DNA from: Enoplolaimus lenunculus
Taxonomy: Eukaryota
Direction: 5' to 3'
DNA length: 64,000 bases
NCBI GenBank assembly: GCA_030248215.1
Contig: JASANG010003765.1
Coordinates: forward strand, 186,001-250,000
Numbering within the stretch: the first letter of the stretch is position 1; each line of letters begins with the position of its first letter. The notes under the pieces are model-generated. The model was given only the letters and a program-made list of their open reading frames with translations. It was not told where the DNA came from and ran no database searches. This document shows positions 27,491 to 40,603 of the stretch, piece by piece. Made by a program: the position numbers and the translations under genes.

Positions 27491-29247
27491 TATTTTTTAT
27501 TTCCGGATATCCGTACTTAAATTTTCTATTTCGTATATCCGAAACTAATTTTGTGTTTTTGCGATTCCGAACATGGCCCGTGTAAAGATCAGAGGCGGAA
27601 AGTTTTTCTGTGGGACTAGAAAAGAGTAAGCTTGCTTTAGACTATTTTTGCTTGGTTTAGCTTAACTTAGGTTTAGGCTTAGGAATATGCTTATGATACT
27701 GTTTCGCCCATGTTCCTTCTGACCCCGAACCTCAATTTTCGTTTCATTAAGCATCAGTTTTAACTAGCTGCTGTTAACAAAGTACCCTAACCCTGACCCA
27801 CAAAGTGAACGTTGTGGGCGTAAAACGTGCAGTTCTAAAATCGTAATTTATATATTTCTTTTTATGCAACTGCCTCAATAGTTCTGGGTAGTCGTTTTAT
27901 AAGATTGCTACTGCAGACCAATACAAATTATTCTAAAAGAATTTTTACACAATAACATTTAGGGTATTAGGATTACCGGAATTTGAAAAAGCTACGGAAA
28001 ATGAAAAACACATGCCACTGAAAATTTCATTCTAATTTTCTTTTTGCAATATTATTGGTAGAATAACCCTTAGTTGAAGATAGGTATTCACTTTACCTGT
28101 TATATTTTAGATTTCGATAATCCACGGAAACGTAATCTACCTTCGATGGTTTTTTTCGGCGATTGTTAAGGTTTATATCAGGTTACAACCAGAGGTCTGC
28201 CTCCGGCTCCAGCAGAAAATCGGCCTCCGGCTCCGGTAGAATTTTTGCCGGAGGTTCTGGCAGTTTCGGCAGTAAAATTTTGAATAGTTTTGCAAACTTT
28301 ATCTGTTTAGCGCGTTTCGTTTTACTTTTGTCACAATTTTCAGGAAAGAATTTACGAATTTTCGCAGAAAATTAGCGTAAAGTCAAACAACTTAACAACA
28401 AATTGCAAATATTGGCTAAAATTAACTAATTAAACATAATTTTTACTACCTAATTTCTCCTCCCCTCCGGCTGCGGTAAGTTCCGCTCTACCATCGGCTC
28501 CGGTATTCTTCACCTCCGGTTGCACCCTAGTTTATATACTATACGAATGAAATCTACTTATTTTTTATCATTTTTTTAATAAAATATCATATTCCACCGA
28601 CAAAATTTACGGAGATTTCTAATTCCGGTAAACATTTACCGGAACCGTAACGTCAAATTGTCGGAACCGGAATTCCGGTTGCACCCTGATCTGGATACAT
28701 ATTTCTGCACGTGCCCATCTATAATTTCTGCATTAGTCACTAGCGTCAAATCAGAGGCGAAAAACACCAAGCAATTGGTAAATAATTTTAAACATAAAAA
28801 TAACCGAGTTTACATTAATTTCTCTAAAGGAAACGGACACCGATTTTTACCGGAAACCGATATCTGGTTACACCCTGGTAGTTAGTGTTTAGCAAAAATA
28901 CAAGTGGAACTTTACGTTCAACATTAAGAGCGATGTCACATGGAGAAAAGGAATAAAATCTTAATCTTAATGTGAAATCCAACAACTGTAAAAGCAGTTT
29001 ATTCGTCACTTTTTGGTCGATAGCTCACTTAAATTTCTTACATTAACAAAACATCATTTCCAAAACAATAGCGAACTACAAAACGCTCCAAGACAGAAAA
29101 ACATAACTTTATTTCCTGACAGATCAGCTATATAAATGACTATGCCAAATATATCAACTACGAAATATATAAATGTCTATAAAATAACTTCTTAATAGAT
29201 TTGGTTGTCTGATAAAGGTGAAATGCATAGAAAACAACGGAAAATTT

Positions 29248-29419
29248 GGCCCATGTAACGATCAGGGGCCTATCGTTCTTCCGAGGAACGGCAATAGAGT
29301 AAGCTTAAGCTTCAGACTTTTGCTTGGCTTAGGATTAGGGTTATGAATATGCTCGTTCTTACGCTTACGCTTAGGAAAATGGTTATAATACTGTTCCGCC
29401 CCTGCTGTTAACATTGGCC
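29248..29419. mobile_element. MITE with GG termini, 8-bp TSD and TTAGGC-like hexamers (Merlin/MULE-like)
   Basis: GGCCCATGTAAC ... GTTAACATTGGCC flanked by a perfect GAAAATTT duplication (29240-29247, 29420-29427). Relatives at ~16330-16475, 27575-27710, 59322-59492 and 63020-63157. Confidence 0.85.
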
Positions 29420-29772
29420 GAAAATTTGAATGAACCTCATAACTTCATTGCAAAAGAAATTGTAACTACGTAAACAACAAGCTTGTATTGAGCTACTCTT
29501 ACTATTACGAAGTATAATTAGCTCCTTAACACTTAAAACAGCTGTATTTGCGAGAACAACATAGATCAACCAATGAAAAGAATTTGGTATCTGTTTTATA
29601 ACTTGCAACTGTACAACATTCCTTACCTACATATTCATGTAATTGAACAGTGCTCTCTCTACAATTCTGAATATAAACTCTTGCCAAATTTCACGTAATA
29701 CACTCCACATCAACAAAACTTGGCAGCAATACAGAGTTGTAAATTACAAAAATAATACACGGATAACTAATT

Positions 29773-31590
29773 CTATTTTGCTTCAGCAATACTTTTGTCA
29801 ACAACGATAACGTAATCGGATTTGCTTTCTTGACCAGGAATAGAAGATGCCTGAAATATATTGTCAGTTTTTATATATTTTACCAATTTTTAACGTATGT
29901 AGCTGCTCAGCATAAAAGTTAACAACAACTAGCGAGCAGTCAAGCAAATTACCTCTGATTGATTAGTATCGCATGCTCGATTGAAAAGGTCCATTTTTGT
30001 CAAACTCTAACGCAATCTTTTATAACAAATATATCATAGAAATAATGAGACAAAATAACATAATGAATTTCACAGCAAAATAATACTGAACAAATAAATT
30101 AGGCGCTATGCAGAAGCACGCACGCCGTGACGAAACGTAACTAGCTCACAGTAGCAACATACCATGACTTTCTTTCCATGGAGCCTAAACGGTTGTTGCA
30201 GATCATTTTGACAATTAGCATACCCCATGCCTATGCCAATGCCCGAACCAAACCATACCGGCCACGCTTTTCCTTAAATCATAATAAAAGTGTGTATCTT
30301 GCTATACACGTAAATACAATAATAGGTTAATCCGCGCTATACATATTACGATACCAACGTTTCTTACTTAATGCAACAAAGAAACATTACTTACCAGTAA
30401 GTAAGTTCAAATCATTGTCTACAAAAACAATACCTACATGCCGATTGTAAAACATTGTTAAATTTAGTACTGTATCGATATTAATATTTTTGTCAATGTC
30501 GATTATTTTAAAATTTTGCCGATGTCGATTCCAATTTAAATATACGATACTTTAAGAAGTGGTAAGATTACCTATTACATCACATAACAGCATAAACAGT
30601 TATAAGTCTATTAGAACGTATCATTTCAGTTATTTTTTTCAAGCATAAACGCAAGAAACATTGCAGTTTTCTGATCAGACGCAATGATATATGCACCAAC
30701 AACTGAAATTGATAGCATTCCAACGAATTCCTAAGTGCAAAATATACCGGCAAAGAGTCGGCGATTTTTTGCGCTTCGATGCCGATACTCACAAAAAGGG
30801 TCGATGTTACAGATACCGATAAATTGGCAAATCCCTAAAATTGCATCCGTGAACCTGAATTAGTCATAGTTGCAATTACTGAAGAAGTTTCAAGGTAAAT
30901 CGTGGGGTCGAAAACCGAACAGCACGGTTTCAACTTCTCAATTCTGGAATATGTTGAAAAACACTAAATATATCTTAACGCAGGGTGCAACCGGAATTAC
31001 AATTTACCGAAACCGGAATTTGAAAAATTACCGCAAACAAGACCGGAATATGGAAAATACATACCACCGAAAAACTCATTTAAATTTTCTTTTTTGCAGC
31101 ATTATTGATCGAATACTGAATCTATTTAATTTTTATCGTCATTTTCTTGTAAAATATCTTAATTTCCACCGACCAAACTTTAATACCGGAATTTTTAAAA
31201 TGCCGGACGCGGAACCGGAATTCCGGTTGCATCTTGTTATAACGACATAGGCTTACTTTTAAACAGAAACATCGAAAACACTATTCCAACTCCAATGCCG
31301 CCACCTGAAACCACAAAACAAAACGTCCACAGTGACACTTCGGTAATTCGCACTGCTATATGTTTTTCAAGTGAACAAAGAAAAGCAACGAGCATATTTT
31401 GAATGTTAAATACAAGACAAGAAAAGGAGCCACGCAATTATAAGCATGGTAGTTGCGCTTCACAGTGGCACCGCATACCTGATAGAACATGATCAGCCAA
31501 AAAAATAAAAAAATTACCTAGTTTTAAAGCTGTATCTGCAATGCACCGGTCAATCCGTTTTCCTAGCTCATCTTCGGATCTAATCATCAT
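29773..31590 (-). CDS. MICOS10: MICOS complex subunit MIC10 (MINOS1), 102 aa, 4 exons
   Basis: Exons 31518-31590, 31257-31304, 30163-30272, 29773-29850, all GT-AG with consistent phases. Translation: MMIRSEDELGKRIDRCIADTALKLGGGIGVGIVFSMFLFKRKAWPVWFGSGIGIGMGYANCQNDLQQPFRLHGKKVM...AK*. It has the MIC10 DRCxAD motif, two GxGxG helices and the FKR(K/R)xWP loop. Confidence 0.95.
30981..31236. mobile_element. hAT-like MITE of an abundant CAGGGTGCAACCGG family, in MICOS10 intron 2
   Basis: TIRs CAGGGTGCAACCGGAATT / AATTCCGGTTGCATCTTG. Degenerate 8-bp TSD TCTTAACG/TTATAACG. The same termini occur at ~19572, 20598, 22025, 28528, 28688, 28877 and 43555. Confidence 0.75.
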
Positions 31591-32050
31591 AACCTGCGTT
31601 TACTTATTCATAAATATTACGTAGTGATTAGAAAACCGCCTGCAAGCGGCGACTGATGGTGTTATGTTCAACCACTTTTTTTTATTAATTTAATTACCAT
31701 TTTTAAGCAAAGCCTTGACTTAATTGTAGTTTGCGATCGTGTAGCGCATCAGATGAGTTGAGCACGGAGATTAGGAAGTCATAGGACTGTAGAAACACAC
31801 GAGCTGAACTTCGAAATGAACAAGAAAACGAAAAACATAGTTTACAGTGTATTTTAGTGACGTTTTGAGAATAAATTATTTCGGTGCGAGGCTTAACATG
31901 TTTGTGCTTATAAACCAGTTAGTTACTCGAAGTATTTTGTTTAAATGGTAACCGGAAGTGTTGTTTTCCGGAACCGTGCTTTGACACCAAGATCGCAACA
32001 GTCATAATTTTGCAAACTCATCCTTTAATATGCGCCATCAGCCAACGCTC
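31591..32050. promoter_or_regulatory. Probable bidirectional promoter region between divergent MICOS10 and UVRAG; ETS-like ACCGGAAGTG at 31951-31960
   Basis: The genes are arranged head to head. CCGGAAGTG is the ETS/GABP-type motif common in housekeeping and bidirectional promoters. TSSs are not visible. Confidence 0.35.
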
Positions 32051-33945
32051 AACTGAAACTAGCAAAAAATTTTTTGAAAAGCGTAAATGTAGATTTAATT
32101 GAAATAAAAATAAGATTAATTCGTTTAATGGCAAAATTAAAAAATTCTGCCCATTTCAAAAATAGTCTCTTTAAAAATTGCAGTTTACAGCAATAACTAG
32201 CTAAAAAATTAAGTTTTATTTTTGTATATACCTTGGAACTATATCCTGGAATGAGCCAAACAACATCAACATCAGATTCAGTTCAACGTTTTCTAGTACT
32301 CCAACGCAAACATTGATCCTTGCTGTGCTCCTGATAATGCCAACATAACTGTTTAGACTCCAATCCAATGCTCGGTTAAAGAATTAAGTTTATTTTCAAT
32401 ACTCAACACGTCATTCTTAAATAATTTATCAGTCGCGGACATGCCTCGGCAACTCTGCGATCCATAGGAGGTTTCTATAATTTTAAACAATCATAGTTCT
32501 GAATAACCGTTAAATTATCCGTAATATAAAGCGTAGTTTCTGCTTTATGAATCTTTTACAGCAGCTGCTAAAAAGGCTTGAATGTTTACTCTGTGCGCGA
32601 AATTGGTCTTTAGTTGAAATGTATGCCGGCATTCTGGAGCCAGCAGTGGCACATGAATTGAACAAAAACGTTTCATGAAAACAAGCTGACAGTGGTAGCG
32701 GCGCAGCAGCCGTGGTGTGTCGGCGGGAGGCAACTTTGAATGACCTCGCAAGTGGAGCAAGCCACAAGTCAAGTATATATATTTTGGTTTGTGAATTGTA
32801 GTACAAAATGCTAGTTTACTAGGTTCGTCTGGTCATGTGTACCACACATATGCAATTTCAATGACGATTCATAAACAGAGGTAGAGCGAAGGGCTGTGCG
32901 GTACTGAGATTCTTCTGGTGGTGGATCTCCCGAGAACACCAGAGCCTAAAGGTAGATGTCGACAAATTTTGACAAAGCCAGAGCTGGAGGTGTCGAAAGG
33001 ACAGAGATAAACGCAAATCCCGGTATCGAAAAAGACAAATTATGCCTATTTCACAAATAACTTGAAAATTTTGCCAAAATATGTTTTTGTATTTTTAGGG
33101 TGTGTAGCCATTTAGTGACTACCACACATATTTAACTCTATATTGCACCGCAATAAGACGAATCTAGGGACTCATGAAGAAACTCTTACTATAATGCAAA
33201 AATGCGCTGAATTCGAAGCCTAATTATTCAATTTTCGAAAATTTTTACCTGCGGAGAAATATATACTTCATTGTCAAATTCTCCAACCTAATTATCTCAC
33301 AGCTAATGAAAATAATCACGTAACGACCTATTCGATCCGGCCCAGCTACCCAGTCTGCTACAAATTTAAAGTACCTAAAAAAAAATTCTGAAATTGGTCT
33401 CGGAGAGGCCTAGAAAAATATGACCAAGCTCATACATCACGCCAAGTAGGTTACTGCCATCAAGGAGTTGTACACCACTGGCAGCAACTGTTGTTGTGGG
33501 TACACGCACATGAGAATATGGGTCCTAACTTATTGCACATCGTAATTAGTTAGCTAGTAAATAAGATATTTTCAAGTTATTTTTTACCAGTTTATATTTA
33601 GAGTTCATTGTGGATGCTGTAAAATTCTTACTAGTTCGAAATATGTATTACGCGACAATAACAGGGTAGTATACAACTCAAGCAGTTAGCTTTGTGGTAA
33701 GCAACTGAAGTTTGTAATTTCTGAAACAAAAGTCTTCAATTTGGTCATCCATTATGGGTTCGGCCTTTTTGTATCCTGGCGGCTGCGTTCTACACGTCAT
33801 GTTCCGTAACTATTATATTATGTAAATTCAAATCTTTCGAGTTTCAGATACTATGTGTTTTTTTGCTGACATGTGTATTTGGTCAGTATTAGTTTAACGC
33901 GTCATGTATTTTAAATAGTATGCTTTGTCAGTCTTGACACATGGC

Positions 33946-36900
33946 ATGATGTCGGACACAAAGGTGTCCTATTCTTTTAATTCTTGGGAAAGGTAGGTAT
34001 GATGTTTTCTTGGTATTAAACTAATTAATTGTTTTTGTGAGTTGTATTTAGTTTGCGTATGTCATTGGAGGCCAACACAAATTTGGTTTTTTGGAGCTGT
34101 TTTCACTGTTTTCGGAAATTTTAATCAGTATATAAGCAAATCTAATACTGAGCGCCAAAGTGGTAAAGATCCAGTGGCAACGTGGTTGTGCAGTTTTTTA
34201 ACAAAATTGAGTTTTAGTTCAAACTTAAAGCTACGTCAGTCGGTTCATTATTTGGTACGAAGTTTATGTATTGACTTACCGCCGAGTGATGAAATACGCT
34301 TGGAAAGTAGGTTTGTAAGTTATTGTTAAAACTGTGCCATGTATATCGCTGAGGTACTTTCGCTTCTGTATTTAATGTGATAACGCAAATTTGTAAGAAT
34401 TAAAAAAGTTTGGATCAACGTCTTTCCAACGTCTTTGTCTTCTGATATTTTTTATTTCAGTGCTATAAATTGAACGAAACGTTTATACATGTTTTAGGCT
34501 TAAAACGGTGTGTTCTGTTTTACGCCAGACAGAAGAAAATGCCGGTTGTCTAAAAGAGGAAATAGAATCAAAATTGCAGGTTACGGCGAGAACGAGGAAA
34601 AAGGTTGGTTATAAATACATAGCCAGTCATTCAATTAGACGATGAAGTTATAACAGATGCTTCATATAGAATTTTGGATTCGTTCAGTTTGAACTGAGTC
34701 GTTTTTACAAGTGTACTTGTACCGCTAAGAAACTAATGTCTAATTGCTTGACGGATTGTCAATAATACCTCAAAAATTTTCAAATTGTGAAGCATTAGTT
34801 CGGCCTTATACTAAACTTTAAGTTACATTGAGTCGATCGTTTTCCGGAATCTTGCTTTTTGAAAGTTTAGGCAGGTCACACAACCAAGTAATATATATTT
34901 TGGCGTTGTACGTACGATATAAACAGCTTTTAATGAACAGTGCATCCTGCAGGTACCGCTTGAATTTATTTTGTTGCATCGCGACACTTTATAGAAATCC
35001 GACGTTCAGGCCTGTGAACTTGAAGTCGAACATTTATCGAGTCAAATTGAATGGCGCAAAGCACGTGTTCGAACACTAACATCACGATTTGTCAAATTAC
35101 GAAGTGAACTGCAAAGACGAGGTACCAATATTAAGTTAAAAAGTGAAAAATAGGAATTAGTTATCGCATTTCAAAATAAATAAATAAATATATGTATATA
35201 TTAGAGCTGTACCGGGACCAGGATTATTTCCGGGCCGATGCTTAGCTTATTGTTATAATAAAAATCGATGTCATAAAAACGTTCGGAAAATACATATTCA
35301 CGTATAGAAAGCGGAATAAATCGCTTGAAGTATCGGCGGGGGCATGCTATGCTGTTTTCTGATTATATACCAATACGACATATAGATATGTGTCTGTGAT
35401 GAACAGATAGGTTTGAAATACTTGTATAATCGGAATGTATTTACACATTTGACTTTACGTAGTTCTTATTGGTTTCTTTCAACTTTTTTGGTTTGTCGGG
35501 CCCACAAAATTTGGTTTCTGTACGGGACCCAAAAAACTGAATTTTCAAAATTTGTGAGTACAATAGCTTATTGTATATTAAATAAAAGCCCATAACATTA
35601 AAAATATGAGTCCACTTTGGCTTTTTTAAAGAAAGCAAAGCTATTGGTACGAAATCATAGAGCTGATATTAAAATCACGGTTTGAATGTTTATCAGTTTC
35701 CATACATTAAAATGTAAAACGATATAAACTGTCGGTTTATATATAATTTTAGAGAATGCCACCAGAACCTTTATCATTGATCATGAGCAAATAACAGAAC
35801 GACTGGCAATACTTAATCAAGAATATATCAAATTACGGTGAGGGTAAAGTTCGATCGGATGTTTAAATACCGAAGCTAGAGCCGAATAGTGGTTTTTCCA
35901 CGTCGAATGAATATGACATCAAAATATAAAAAATTTGATTCAGTCTTTGTGTCAGCAGGGCTAGCTATTTTTGAAATACTTTAAATATAAAGATAATGTT
36001 ATCACATATGTACTAATTCCTTATCTGGAAACGTTTAGCATTTTAGACCAACATCGTTTTATATTACATTTTGTTTGATTATACGGAATTAGTGTGTCTT
36101 CTAGTGACACCTAACTATTAAACATTATTGCACTGTAAATTTCATAAGTTCATTGTCAGCCGCAGCCATACCTATAGTTCCAAATGGTTTTTAAACTGAA
36201 TTTGGATTGTTTGGTAACAAATGTTTTTTGTTACTGATTTAGCAAACAACAGAAACAATATTGTCTGTTTCAGCTTAGTAATAATACGTTTTATTTTCGG
36301 TAATTTTAACGCAGAACCGACTTTAATGCATCTCACTCGCCGAACGCAGCTATCAAATGGCATCTTTACTTGGTCTGTTTTAGGGAGAAAATGCTCAAAA
36401 CCTCTGCCCTGCTTCTTTTGCGTCGCAAACAAATGCTAACCGAGATGTCTACATATGTATTTCCGATTGCCATTGTATGTTTAAATTCTATTTAAAAATC
36501 CATATGCGTTGTTAAACAATGGTTAACTAATTTTCCTGTTATTTTCTTTCATGTTCACCCACTCGTCTTCAAACCATGTATGTATGTATGTTCCTATATA
36601 ACTTGGCATCCGCTGGGGCGGGACGGGGGCCATCAACGGTGGGTTCTAGGTTCGCAACCTGGGGGAAATTTCTAAGTTGGGGAAGAGGGTGTTTGCAGAA
36701 TTTTCAATAAAGCGTCACTTTAATTCATACTGATGTTGTTTTTTCCCAAAAATGTAAGAAATTTAAAATTAACATTAGGGTTGTGAAGTCTGGAGTGGGG
36801 GGCTGAATCGGAGGAAATCTTAAGTGGTGGCCGGGGCGGCAAGGTCACCTCCTCCCTCAGTTGCAAACTGGTATTATGGGCTAAATTTTTAAGTACTTAC

Positions 36901-39900
36901 CGCTGTAGATCATAGAAAATATAAAATACATGTCCCGCCTTTTCCTTATGTAGATACTATTGTTCATTTTGAACAACAACATGTTTTATGTTTTAGCCTT
37001 TACCAAGTTCCAAACCGTGCTCATGTGAACGGCCATTATCAATTTGTAATATTCATTTGCCAGATGCTGAAAATTATTCAAGTAAATTTCTACAAGCTAC
37101 TTTCTATTAGACATGCCCTGATGCCTGCTTCCGGTACAGAGGCCTCAGACCCCGATGCCGCGGTCAATACGTTATTTGCCGGGGCCAGTTTTTATATATA
37201 CAATCCTTAATTGACTCACATGAAGAACAATCCTAATACGCTTAGTTCTCCTTCGAAAAATATGAAAATAGCAAGAAATTACTGTTCACAGAATTCTTTA
37301 TTTTCCCAAGATTTCCTGTCACGATATACAATATATGGATTGTTTATTTTTTCACTGTTAGCCACCATATTTGCGTCTGACATATCTTTTAGCTCATGTT
37401 GATTTGATGGTTATCTTTACGTGTCCCAATCGGCGCCGGTTGTTACCGGTCCTGGGCCTTAGACCCCGGCACCTGGGCCTTATACCTCGGCCCCGGTAAA
37501 AATCCTACTTTCTGTTGAAAATGGAATTCCGGTTCCGGTATAAATCCGCATTTTTCACTATCTGGTTATCATATTAGGCCACATTTTTAGTCGTATTGCG
37601 CTAAAAATTACGAATTAATTAGGATTAAAACTAGGCATTAATATTTGAGATAATTGTATTTTGTACTTTGTACTGTACAGTAGGTGCGTACGTACTTGCA
37701 TACAGAATTGTATAAAAATTCACTTAATTTTTATATTCAGAAAATTTCGTCTTTCCATAATGTTATAGACTATGGATTATTTTGTGTTTGAACTGCAGCA
37801 AAAAGCTATTAACATTTATACATATTCACTGCGTTTTCTCGTACTGTAAAATTAAAAAACTGTGCGCCATTATTATTTCAATATTCAAATGCAAATTTTT
37901 TTGTTCTGTTAAATGATTAAAATAATTTGTCACAAAATTGTAAATGTTTGAGTACGTGACGTCTTTAAAGTGAAGAACGCGAACGAGATTATTATTTTAC
38001 CCTGTTTTATGTATGTACGTGTTGCACTGGCTTACGCTACAGTTGGCCTCTAAATCCGCTGTAAATTTGTAGACCCGTTAACAATACTTAGGGTTACTTT
38101 TTTAGACCACGACGAACAGCGTATCGCAGTTGCGTTATCGTACGTTGCTCATTCGGTGAAAATTATATGCCGAATCTTAGCAACACCTCTTCGTTATCCG
38201 ATTCTACTTTTCGGATCGCGTTCGGCTGTTGAAGACCATATTAGCCGTCAGTTAAATGATATTGATCGTGTGTAAGTGTAACGTTTTTGGTCGCTGATGT
38301 AATTATAAATTTTTAGTCTTTAAGCAGGCGTGGACATTTTTGGGAGAGAGCGGGTACTGTGGTTTTTATGGAGAATTGCTCGGCAAGACCTGTTTTTGTG
38401 TTTCTTGCAGGCAGTTTTTTAAGCCCAACAGTCCTCTAATTTTATAGTCACTGGATTATTTGCAGTTACCGTTTTACATGCATGTGCGTTGTCTAGACCG
38501 ATGTATATCCATTGTTCGTTTCTAGATTTCCGTTGTTTGGTCGTGGACAAGACAAGCTTCGTTTCGCTTATGCCGTATTTTTGCTCAATAAAAACATTGC
38601 ACAGGTATATAAGTCCTTGTGATGCGTATTTCAATTTCTCTCTGTTCAGAACCTAAAATGTATCGATGGCTACACGGTTGATATCAAGTCAGTGCTTTTT
38701 TCATTTACGTGCGTTCAACTTTGAATTTAGTATATTATTAGTTCAGTGCATTCACAGCGATTTTTTTACATTTTTGTGATGCAGAACAACGAGAGTGTTT
38801 AAAAATATCAAGTGTCGTTTGGCTCGAATTACTGTTCTAAATTGCAATTATTGTCTTATGGAAGGTAGGACGTTGTCCCATCATTTTTAAGAGTTATTAT
38901 CAGAAAAACATGATAAGTGTTTTTAAATAATCAAGTGTTTTAACCTTTTATTTTGATAGTTTCGCTGTTACTGTTCATTATCAACAAAAGATCTTCGCTG
39001 CACACTGGCCAATATGCTAGACATGATTGAGTTTTTGACGGGTAGAAAATTGTAAGTATTTGCAGAAATTGACTTTCTTTACTAGCCGGTAAGTTATTGT
39101 TTTCCTAAATTGTTGTCTGCTAAACTAATGCATGGTCTGCGCTGAATCACGAATAAATGCAACCCAGACAGTATACTTGAATTAATAATTAATCGTTGCA
39201 CATATGGTGCGACTGTAGTTCCTATCAACTGTTGATTACAACTTTAATGGTTTTTGAACAGCTGGAATTGTGTGGTTAAGAGTTATAAGTTGCTTTGTTA
39301 CTCAGTTTATTGGAAATTAGTGACTACTGATTTATGCATTTGAGATATGGTTAGTGGCGCTTTGCGTTTTTATTAACAGCGTTCCCAATATTACAGAGAG
39401 CCGCGATCTATTACTAATCTTCCGCTTAACATTGTTCACTTATCCGGTTCAACCCTTGCGTTACCGTCTCCACCATACCGTCCCGGCTCTAATCGCTCAA
39501 GTAGCGCTGCGTCTGATTTAATCGTCAGATCAAAGCAAACTATTGATGCTGCTGTAACTGAAGCTAAACATCACGGATCAACCAATTGTTTAGTGCGCAC
39601 CGGAAAACAATCTCATGTGATCGATGACAACACCTTGTCTTTGAGTCATAATGACGACGGCAGTAGCGTATCTTTGGCGTCGAATGATGATAGTGGGTCG
39701 TATTGCGTTTCGATGGTATTTTCCCACAGTCAAAGCACCGAAAGTTACCATGACAAGAAAAAAATTGTACCCGAAGCCAGGTCTGGTAGTGGTAAATCAG
39801 CGATCGAACTTTTAAACACAGGCAAAGCCGTGGTGAAGGCTCAGCGACGAAATAGCGCAGAACGAAGTGACCAAATTCCTACACAACCGCTGTGTGGTGT

Positions 39901-40603
39901 GACGCAAGTGTCCAGGGTGGAAGCGAAACAGCGCTATCGGACACATTCGGGGACAATGATTAAAGGATCTTACCTTCGGAACGGAGACGGGAAAATGAAG
40001 CATATTCAGAGAGTGAGTGAAGCGCTTTGTGGAAACTTTGACTGTAAACAAACTAGTCGTCGACTGCGATCATCTGTGCCATGCTGTGATAGCGTCATAT
40101 TATGTTCATCAGATTCAAATGACATTGGTTTCGTTCATAACGGGCTGCCGTCTGTAGGGTTAGGGCATTCATTGTGCAAATGCAGATCTCAAAAATGTGA
40201 TTCTGAATTGCAGGCGAAGCGACTAATAGTATCCACAGGACTAGAAAGGTCAAATAGTGATGTGGAAAAGTGTCCTTGTGATTTCAACGTTAAACAATAC
40301 AACTTAGCACCCAAGAAATTGAGTACAAGGACGAAAAGACGTTTCTCGGATGATATGATAGTGGAAGCGCTGGGAAATGATGTGGTGTCATCTTTTCACG
40401 AATATGTCAAAGTGGAACAGGATATCGGAATTGTTCAATCATCGAAATCGAGCGGAACAAGTCCGGAGGCTGCAACGCGTACTTCAAGCAATACTCGTGC
40501 AAAAACTGAATGGAGCAATCAATTAGGGTCCGTAGGGCAGAAACAAGCCAGTACTAATGATAATCAGAAATTGATTGGTGCTACCTTGACAGTGGAACTT
40601 TAA
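33946..40603 (+). CDS. UVRAG: UVRAG (class III PI3K complex II subunit), ~694 aa from the first in-frame Met; true N-terminus uncertain
   Basis: Exons 33946-33992, 34498-34603, 34995-35121, 35753-35837, 36384-36474, 36997-37081, 38106-38271, 38526-38604, 38960-39051, 39397-40603, all GT-AG with consistent phases. A coiled-coil region is followed by IAVALSYVAH...PLRYPILLFGSRS...FPLFGRGQDKLRFAYAVFLLNKNIAQ...DLRCTLANM, matching the UVRAG/Vps38 core. Confidence 0.9.

Noticed and set aside
39593..40603. Stand-alone 336-aa gene starting at GTG
   Set aside because: It is the in-frame continuation of the UVRAG terminal exon starting at 39397.
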